Part shown: piece by piece, positions 57,280-64,000 of the stretch
Numbering within the stretch: the stretch's first letter is position 1
How the letters are laid out: every line of letters starts with the position of its first letter
Source: Thermoplasmata archaeon
GTDB lineage: Archaea; Thermoplasmatota; Thermoplasmata; GCA-020350865
DNA length: 64,000 bases
NCBI GenBank assembly: GCA_020348445.1
Contig: CP070751.1
Span: 4,985,087-5,049,086 of the forward strand
Direction: 5' to 3'
Made by a program: the position numbers and the translations under genes
Notes under the pieces: model-generated
Told to the model about the DNA's origin: nothing
The model's database searches: none
What the model saw: only the letters and a program-made list of their open reading frames with translations

Positions 57280-58095
57280 ATGCCGACCTCCCGCGAGATT
57301 TTGGAGAGCACCTACAGGCTAGGAAGAATGAAAAATGTTAGAACAATGGTCTATATTTCTCATATTATGCTTACGACCATTTTACTAATTATTATGGCTT
57401 TCATGACGCCAGATGCGGGTTCATACGCACTGATCATTCGACTGGAATATGTTGTTTTTATAATTGCTATTATGATATTGATGGTGAACGTGGAAAGCTT
57501 CTTTTTCAAATCATTTGGTATTAAATGGGCAAAGACAGACAGTGAGAAATTTCTCATGTCCAAGGATTACATGAAAAAGGGCATCGCAATAATAATAATG
57601 GCGGTGGCCATCATAGCCTTTATGAATATCATGACCCCCACGACGGCAGAGAATATAAATACCAAAGAAGTGGTGATAGTAGACGATGAGTACAACACCA
57701 CATTCTGGCCAAGGGATGCCTTTGGAGCATCCAATTTGAAGAGAGTTAACCTTGAATCTGATGTGTCCAATTTGGATATTTTTATACTGGAGAAGGATGC
57801 ATTTGATTCCGGCTATTTCGGAAAGAGGCTGAATATGAAAGAAGAGCAGAGCAAGAACATTTCCTCGCTAAATTTCGAGGTCGAGGACACCATATCCCAG
57901 GAAGAATATGTATTGTTTATCGACGCCAAGGGCAACATAGCCCATGTAACCTATGAACTCGAACGGGAAGTATCAACGTCTCTAGTATGGTATCTGACGA
58001 TATTTCCAATACTTTTTATCGTGGCAAACGCAATATTTACAGTGTACCTCGTACCAATGAGGAAAAGGTACGAGAAGACCTCAATTTATGAGTAG
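57280..58095 (+). CDS. Hypothetical multi-pass membrane protein with an extracellular domain
   Basis: Three N-terminal TM, a soluble segment and a C-terminal TM. Confidence 0.8.
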   Translation: MPTSREILESTYRLGRMKNVRTMVYISHIMLTTILLIIMAFMTPDAGSYALIIRLEYVVFIIAIMILMVNVESFFFKSFGIKWAKTDSEKFLMSKDYMKKGIAIIIMAVAIIAFMNIMTPTTAENINTKEVVIVDDEYNTTFWPRDAFGASNLKRVNLESDVSNLDIFILEKDAFDSGYFGKRLNMKEEQSKNISSLNFEVEDTISQEEYVLFIDAKGNIAHVTYELEREVSTSLVWYLTIFPILFIVANAIFTVYLVPMRKRYEKTSIYE

Positions 58096-58100
58096 GGATT

Positions 58101-60515
58101 TTATTTTAGTTCGATTACGGGAGTAGTTGTACCACCATCATCATCTATTACAACAAGTGATAACGTCCCTGGCCCCTCATATGTCAATTTTGTGGTGTCA
58201 TATATATCCCTTGGATTTATTTCTGGCGAGGGATAGGGATCAGGATTTGGGGGATTGTTCAGGTATGTAACGTTTACGACCTGGGAACCGTACGTGTAGG
58301 TCAGAATCTCATCATCACTTCCCGGGTCTGTGATATGGGATGTAACCTCAAATGAACTACCTATTAAATGAACATTCAAATCCACTTCCCAGGGGTCTAT
58401 ATGATTCCAGTGGTCACTGTCTCTTTTTTTGGATTGCTGGACGTTGAACGTATGGTGTATCTTTTTTATACTTCCATTCTCTGATTTTATATATATCCAC
58501 ACTGGATTCGCCCCAACATTTGGAGGGTCCTCAGGTATGAATGTAATGATAGCAGAATAGGATTTTGTCATGTCCAGAGTGATGGGAATCCAGACCATCT
58601 GGGCATCAGGCGAGCCTGGTAAACGCTCGATTGAGATGTACCCCAGGCTACTTCCTTCTTCATACAATGTCATGCCCACGTCATTGAACTTCCTCCCCGC
58701 CACCCTCAATCCGATTTGCACATCCATTAGAACTGACTCGATAGTAGCATTAGGATCAACATTGTTCACAGTTACTATTAAAGTGCTGCTGCCAACTCCA
58801 CCATCGTCATCGGTAACTGTTAGAGTAACAGTGAATTCTCCATCATCTCCATACGTATGTGATGTGTTCAATGTTCCTGTGGCTGTTTCTCCATCTCCAA
58901 AGTCCCACTCGATTGTATGTGTATCGTTGAAACCTGGATCTGTAAAGGTTCCTCTCAAGTACACAATGTCCCCCTCGTTGATCGTCTGGTTTGCACTTAC
59001 AAATACAGTTGGAGCAACATTGTTGATTGTAACATTTGTTGTATCATTATCTGTGTACTCCCCGTCAAAAACTTCGAGTACAACCTCTCCAAAATAATCA
59101 TCACCCCAGGTATGTTCTGCATAGGGGCTTAAAGACCATCCAGTATCCCAATTTCCATCGCTATCAAAATCCCATCTGTATTGCAGAGTGTCGCCATCGG
59201 GGTCGTATGATGCCGAAGCATTGAAAGTAACTGGTGAGCCTTCGTAACCCAAGTAAGGACCGTCCGCATCTGCAACTGGTGGCTGAGCATCCAATTTATA
59301 GAACAGCTCGTAATTATCTGCTGAGACTCTGCTATCGCTCCATATTACATGGCGAGTGCCAAGGGAGTCCAATGCTATAACAGGGGTAACCGATGTCGCA
59401 GGATCATCTGTCAACCTCGTATCATCTATCAATGTGTTACCGCTGGAATCTGTTTTAGTGTAATATATCTCCCAGTTGCCATCTCTTATGTCGTACCAAA
59501 CTATATGTGCATTGTTGTCTGAATCCAAAGCAGTTGAGGGTTCTTGAACTGCATAGTTATCATGGGTCAACCTTATTCTTGAACCCCAGTTCTGAGCATA
59601 ATCGTCGCTGATTCTGATGTAAACCTCTCCCGGGTCATTCCAGTGATCTGTTCCCACCCCCAGATTATCTGTGTAGGTCAGAAAAACATGTCCATCGTCA
59701 GCTGCTGACAAATAAGCAAAATTAGCCCATCCGGATCCCCCGATCAGATTTATTTCGCTTCCCCAAGTATCGCCGTTGTCATTGCTTTTTACATAATGAA
59801 GATCCCCCACGGTCCCCCAGGCATGAAAGGCCACATACACATGTCCAATAGTATCTGCCGCGATCACCACAGGTCGTGCAGCATCCCTATCATCTCCAAT
59901 GACCTTTGCGGCGTTCCATGTAACTCCGCCATCAGTGCTTTTTCTGTGATATATTTGCGAGGGCGAGTATTTACTGTACGCCACATGAAGCATATCATCC
60001 TGGCCAACTGCTATATCCAGGCCAATACGCTGCATACGCCCGGTATTTGAGGTTATCTGAACCTCGCTTCCCCATGTGGTTCCGCCGTCTGCACTGTTTT
60101 TGTATAATATCTCTTTGTAATCGCTGTCGTAAGGCTGCCATTTATATTTGGTACTGGTCTCGTCCTCCTCCAACCACAAAAGATGCAGCACATCATTTGA
60201 ATCCAAAGCAATTTGGGGCCATACCGATTGCCAGGTGGTATCTGTTACTTTGATATCTGAGCTCCAGGTTTTTCCAAAGTCGCTGCTTTTTTTGAGATAG
60301 AGATTATAACTTCCGTCTCGATAGTCCTGCCAAACAACATATATGATATCTGCAGAATCGATGACCACTTCAGGCCATCTTGACTCGTCGGATGCATAGG
60401 TCAGCCTTGTATCCTCACCCCAACCCGCTGGGTAAGCACTCACAGATGTTGCAATCGAAAATGCTGTAGTAATCATCGCCATACACAAGATTGTGCTTGC
60501 TATTTTGGATTTCAT
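58101..60515 (-). CDS. Secreted BNR/Asp-box beta-propeller (sialidase-like) protein with PKD domains and a conserved C-terminal module
   Basis: Signal peptide; repeated SxDxGxTW; WDFDSDG and WDFGDG PKD motifs. Confidence 0.88.
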   Translation of the reverse strand: MKSKIASTILCMAMITTAFSIATSVSAYPAGWGEDTRLTYASDESRWPEVVIDSADIIYVVWQDYRDGSYNLYLKKSSDFGKTWSSDIKVTDTTWQSVWPQIALDSNDVLHLLWLEEDETSTKYKWQPYDSDYKEILYKNSADGGTTWGSEVQITSNTGRMQRIGLDIAVGQDDMLHVAYSKYSPSQIYHRKSTDGGVTWNAAKVIGDDRDAARPVVIAADTIGHVYVAFHAWGTVGDLHYVKSNDNGDTWGSEINLIGGSGWANFAYLSAADDGHVFLTYTDNLGVGTDHWNDPGEVYIRISDDYAQNWGSRIRLTHDNYAVQEPSTALDSDNNAHIVWYDIRDGNWEIYYTKTDSSGNTLIDDTRLTDDPATSVTPVIALDSLGTRHVIWSDSRVSADNYELFYKLDAQPPVADADGPYLGYEGSPVTFNASASYDPDGDTLQYRWDFDSDGNWDTGWSLSPYAEHTWGDDYFGEVVLEVFDGEYTDNDTTNVTINNVAPTVFVSANQTINEGDIVYLRGTFTDPGFNDTHTIEWDFGDGETATGTLNTSHTYGDDGEFTVTLTVTDDDGGVGSSTLIVTVNNVDPNATIESVLMDVQIGLRVAGRKFNDVGMTLYEEGSSLGYISIERLPGSPDAQMVWIPITLDMTKSYSAIITFIPEDPPNVGANPVWIYIKSENGSIKKIHHTFNVQQSKKRDSDHWNHIDPWEVDLNVHLIGSSFEVTSHITDPGSDDEILTYTYGSQVVNVTYLNNPPNPDPYPSPEINPRDIYDTTKLTYEGPGTLSLVVIDDDGGTTTPVIELK

Positions 60516-60635
60516 TTTAACCTCTCCTCTATCACTGGTTTTAACAGAAACACTCTTTTTGGTGTCTCCCTCCAGGCTCAGTAGGTAATAATGGTTTTTT
60601 GGGATATTTATAATTTCGGTTTATGGGAATTGAAG

Positions 60636-63600
60636 TTAGCCAGATAATATAATTAGCAGTGTCGTTGTAGAGAATCCACCGTCATCGTCAGTAACAACTA
60701 TTGTAATTGTGTATATGTTGGGGGAGGTGTAGGCATGGATACAAGTATCTATAGCGATCATGGGATTTATCTCGGGGCTCGGATATGGGTCTGGACTCAA
60801 TCCATTATTGTAGTAAATATTCGATCCTGAGGAATTACTGTCTCCGAAATCCCAAGTGAATTCCAGATCATCAGAGCCGGGATCAGAAGCCTCTGCTTCA
60901 AAGGTTATATTAAGCCCAACAAGCTTAGGATTTAGCTCCACTTCCCATGGATCAATATGATTCCAGTGGTCGCTATCCCAGTAAGACTGTCTAACATTGA
61001 ATGTATGATGTATGTGTGCTGTTGAACCGTAACGAGCTTCAATTTCTATCCATACCGGATTACCTCCCCAGACATTGCCGTTCACCCTGGGATCGTTTGG
61101 GAGGTAATCGACTTTGGCCGAATATCTCTTGGTCATATCCAGTTTAACATTAGTAATTGTGGCTTTTTGTTCATCAGGACTTCCAGGATATCTAGTCACC
61201 TTTCCCGTCCAAATCTTAGAATTTTCCTCGTAGAGGTAGATATCTACAGAGTGATATTTTTCTCCCGCCACTCTAAGGGAGATGTTCGCATACATGTAGG
61301 CTTCTATATTCTCGATGGCTGGCGCCATATTTTTTACTGTAATATTCGTGATAAAAGTAGTTGAGCCTCCATCATCATCCTCAACCATCAATATGACAAG
61401 GAACACACCATTATCTCCATAGGTATGTGTAACGTCATCTAAGACCGAGAACGGGTATGTCCCCCACGGACTCGGATATGGATCAGGTCCTGTGCCATCA
61501 TTGTAGTATGAACTCACATATGTTGGCCCGTAATCAAATTGCCAGGTGAAGGTCAGATCGTCACTTCCTGGGTCTGTGGAAGTTGCGGTAATATCAACAT
61601 GCTTTCCCTCATCCACTGTGAATGGCCCAAAAGGTTCTATCGTTGGAGCCAAATTGTAAACAATGATATTTGCAGTAAAGTAGGCAATCCCTTTATCGTC
61701 ATCCTCAACGGTCACTGTAACAGCATATACACCGTTGTCGCCGTATGTAAGTGATACCTGGTCTACAGCTGAAAATGGATATGTCCCCCATGGGCTTGGA
61801 TATGGGTCAAGATTTGTACCATCATTGTAGTAAATGTTGGTGATTGTTGGCCCGAGTTCAAATTCCCACGTGAATGTGAGGTCGTCGCTGCCTTGATCTG
61901 TGGAATTTGCAGAAAGAATAAAGGGTGTGCCTTCAAAAATTAATGCCATTGGCCAGATTGGATTGATAGTAGGTGCGACATTGTTCACTGTAATGTTTGT
62001 AGTGTATATCGCCAACCCATCATCATCATCAGTCACAGTAAGAGTGACTGTGAAAACACCGTTATCGCCGTAAGTATGGGTCACCGTATCAGTAACATTG
62101 AAAGGATAATTCCCTCCTGGGCTTGGGTAGGGGTCAGGATTCACACCATCATTGTAATGAGCATTCGTTATTGTTGGACCGTATTCGAATTCCCAGGTAA
62201 AAGTCAAATCGTCGCTGCCTAAATCAGTTGAAATTGCAGTAAGATCCAATGGCATGCCTTCGTCCACTGCAAACGGCCCGAAGGGCTCGATTGTTGGAGC
62301 AACGTTATTCACATACACAGTGGTCGTCAATGTGGTTACTCCCCCATCATCGTCAGTTACCTTGAAAGTCAATGTGTAATTATAATTGTCACCATAAGTA
62401 TGGTCTAATGTATCTTGGGCAATAAAGGGTAAGATTCCGTCGGGGCTCGGGTAAGGATCTGGAGTGGTTCCATTATTATAGAATGTTTTTTCGATGACTG
62501 GAGTTGAATCGCCAAAGTCCCATTCAAAAGTCAAGTCATCGCTTCCCAGGTCTTTTGCTGTTGCCCTGTAAGCTGCTGATGTTCCTTCGTAGGCCACATA
62601 TGGGATTGCGAGTTCGATAATGGACGGAGCCACATTGTCTATCGTAATGGTGGTTGTGTATACAGAAATTCCATCGTCATCGTCGTAAACTGTTAAAACC
62701 AGTGTATAATCATAATTGTCCCCATATGTGTGGGTCACCATGTCTGAGGCATTAAATGGATATGTGCCTTGTGGACTTTTAATCTCGTTTGTGATGGGAT
62801 CGTAAACAGGTTCAGGACTCACACCATTATTGTAATATGTGTTATCGATTGTAGGGCCATACTCGAACTCCCATGAGAATACTAAATCGTCGCTTCCGGC
62901 ATCTGTTGCATCTGCTTCAAATGTTAGAGTCGAACCCTCATTCCCTGATGGTGTAATAACTAATGTTATTGCTGGAGCAACATTGTTGACCACAACATCG
63001 GCTGTGATAACAGTTGTTTTTCCATCATCGTCTACAACGGTCAATGTGATCGTATAAACACCATTATCACCATAGGTATGACTCAATGTATCTGTAACAT
63101 CGAATGGAAAAGTCCCCTCAGGGCTTTTAATCTCATTTGTGGGTGGATCATAAATAGGCTCAGGGCCTATGCCATTGTTGTAATAAGTTGAGGTTATTGC
63201 AGGTGTCCCATCACCCCAATTCCATGTTAGTGTTAGGTCGTCACTACCGGGATCAGTAGCCATGGAAGTGAATGTTATCGGTGAGCCTTCGCTACCCGAA
63301 TAAGGGCCATTTAGATCAACTGTTGGAGCGACATTGAGGACCGTGATATTGCATGTGTCAGCGGCAGTAGCACCAGTCTCATCGGTGATTTTAAGAGTTA
63401 CTATGTAAACTCCGTTATCGCCATAGATATGGGTTGGGGTTGGACCAGTCGCATCGGCATCGTTTGTATTGTTACCATCACCATCAGAGTCTACATTTGC
63501 ATCAAAGTCCCAAGAATAAGAAATAATGTTTGGCATTTTCTTTCCTTTTGCCACCCAATATATGGCATTTACTAGAATTTGGCATTCTTTTAAGGAAGGT

Positions 63601-64000
63601 ATTCCAAGAAAGGTACCATCCTCAGCTGCCACTGTATGACCTATTACATCCAGGGCAACTCTCCCTTGACCATACTCTTCTGTTGTAAGATAAAAATTAA
63701 TTGATCCAGGTAACGTATCATGCTGTATTATAATATCAGCCGTGGTAACATAACTTTGGTCTGTGTGAGTATAATGAAACCAGGGAGGAGGATAAGGAGT
63801 CTTCGGTATCAAATCACCTATATTTCCTATTTCGAAAAGATTATGAAGAATCTCATGGTCCATGATAATCTCGGCATTTGGTATATTGAGCCCGGTCACA
63901 TTATAAGGATTTAAATCGCAATCGACTCCTGCAGGCACTTCTAAATCAGGTCCATAGTCCCAGATATATTCAAGAGAATCGTGGGTCCATACGATGCCCC
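60636..64000 (-). CDS. Large PKD-repeat surface protein (5' end lies beyond the window)
   Basis: About seven repeats of DxGSDDLTFxW...PDPYPSP...HTYGDNG...DDDGG. The frame stays open upstream of the GTG at 63938 to the window edge (...GIVWTHDSLEYIWDYGPDLEV). Confidence 0.9.
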   Translation of the reverse strand, partial: GIVWTHDSLEYIWDYGPDLEVPAGVDCDLNPYNVTGLNIPNAEIIMDHEILHNLFEIGNIGDLIPKTPYPPPWFHYTHTDQSYVTTADIIIQHDTLPGSINFYLTTEEYGQGRVALDVIGHTVAAEDGTFLGIPSLKECQILVNAIYWVAKGKKMPNIISYSWDFDANVDSDGDGNNTNDADATGPTPTHIYGDNGVYIVTLKITDETGATAADTCNITVLNVAPTVDLNGPYSGSEGSPITFTSMATDPGSDDLTLTWNWGDGTPAITSTYYNNGIGPEPIYDPPTNEIKSPEGTFPFDVTDTLSHTYGDNGVYTITLTVVDDDGKTTVITADVVVNNVAPAITLVITPSGNEGSTLTFEADATDAGSDDLVFSWEFEYGPTIDNTYYNNGVSPEPVYDPITNEIKSPQGTYPFNASDMVTHTYGDNYDYTLVLTVYDDDDGISVYTTTITIDNVAPSIIELAIPYVAYEGTSAAYRATAKDLGSDDLTFEWDFGDSTPVIEKTFYNNGTTPDPYPSPDGILPFIAQDTLDHTYGDNYNYTLTFKVTDDDGGVTTLTTTVYVNNVAPTIEPFGPFAVDEGMPLDLTAISTDLGSDDLTFTWEFEYGPTITNAHYNDGVNPDPYPSPGGNYPFNVTDTVTHTYGDNGVFTVTLTVTDDDDGLAIYTTNITVNNVAPTINPIWPMALIFEGTPFILSANSTDQGSDDLTFTWEFELGPTITNIYYNDGTNLDPYPSPWGTYPFSAVDQVSLTYGDNGVYAVTVTVEDDDKGIAYFTANIIVYNLAPTIEPFGPFTVDEGKHVDITATSTDPGSDDLTFTWQFDYGPTYVSSYYNDGTGPDPYPSPWGTYPFSVLDDVTHTYGDNGVFLVILMVEDDDGGSTTFITNITVKNMAPAIENIEAYMYANISLRVAGEKYHSVDIYLYEENSKIWTGKVTRYPGSPDEQKATITNVKLDMTKRYSAKVDYLPNDPRVNGNVWGGNPVWIEIEARYGSTAHIHHTFNVRQSYWDSDHWNHIDPWEVELNPKLVGLNITFEAEASDPGSDDLEFTWDFGDSNSSGSNIYYNNGLSPDPYPSPEINPMIAIDTCIHAYTSPNIYTITIVVTDDDGGFSTTTLLIILSG

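Noticed and set aside
671-63914. The many 60-230-aa ORFs in the track that overlap long genes on the opposite strand or in another frame (e.g. 7638-8108, 19944-20537, 53231-53917)
   Set aside because: They are shadows of well-supported genes, with no motifs or SD sites and composition mirroring antisense codons.

Overview
64-kb window from an archaeal chromosome. A Thermoplasmatota/Thermoplasmata-like affiliation is inferred from gene content (thermosome, Rpo6, RFC-L, PriS, Pcc1, DHS, class II HMG-CoA reductase, PKD/beta-helix surface proteins) and GGTGA/GGAGG ribosome-binding sites. About 50 CDS are supported, mostly housekeeping, plus several large surface proteins, a VapBC-type toxin-antitoxin pair, an orphan N4-cytosine-type DNA methyltransferase and a RamA/ASKHA activator. 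I found no rRNA, CRISPR array, transposase or integrase. The most unusual features lie outside the ORF track. (i) tRNA-Cys(GCA), directly upstream of cysS, carries a 32-nt T-loop intron. (ii) tRNA-Thr(UGU) has an 88-nt AT-rich canonical intron, two upstream ~80-nt units that begin as tRNA 5' fragments and share a conserved trailer, and a downstream duplicate of its 3' end preceded by sequence matching the tRNA-Cys intron in register. This suggests split-tRNA pieces or tRNA intron turnover. (iii) A 54-aa histone-fold gene is missed by the ORF track. (iv) A membrane-anchored protein ends in a HEPN (RxxxxH) domain. (v) The TA cassette sits between a displaced, synonymously diverged 5' remnant of the downstream gene and its intact copy. 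(vi) Two homologous G-quadruplex motifs bracket yhaM-pcc1. All product calls come from motif recognition by eye; no database searches were run.
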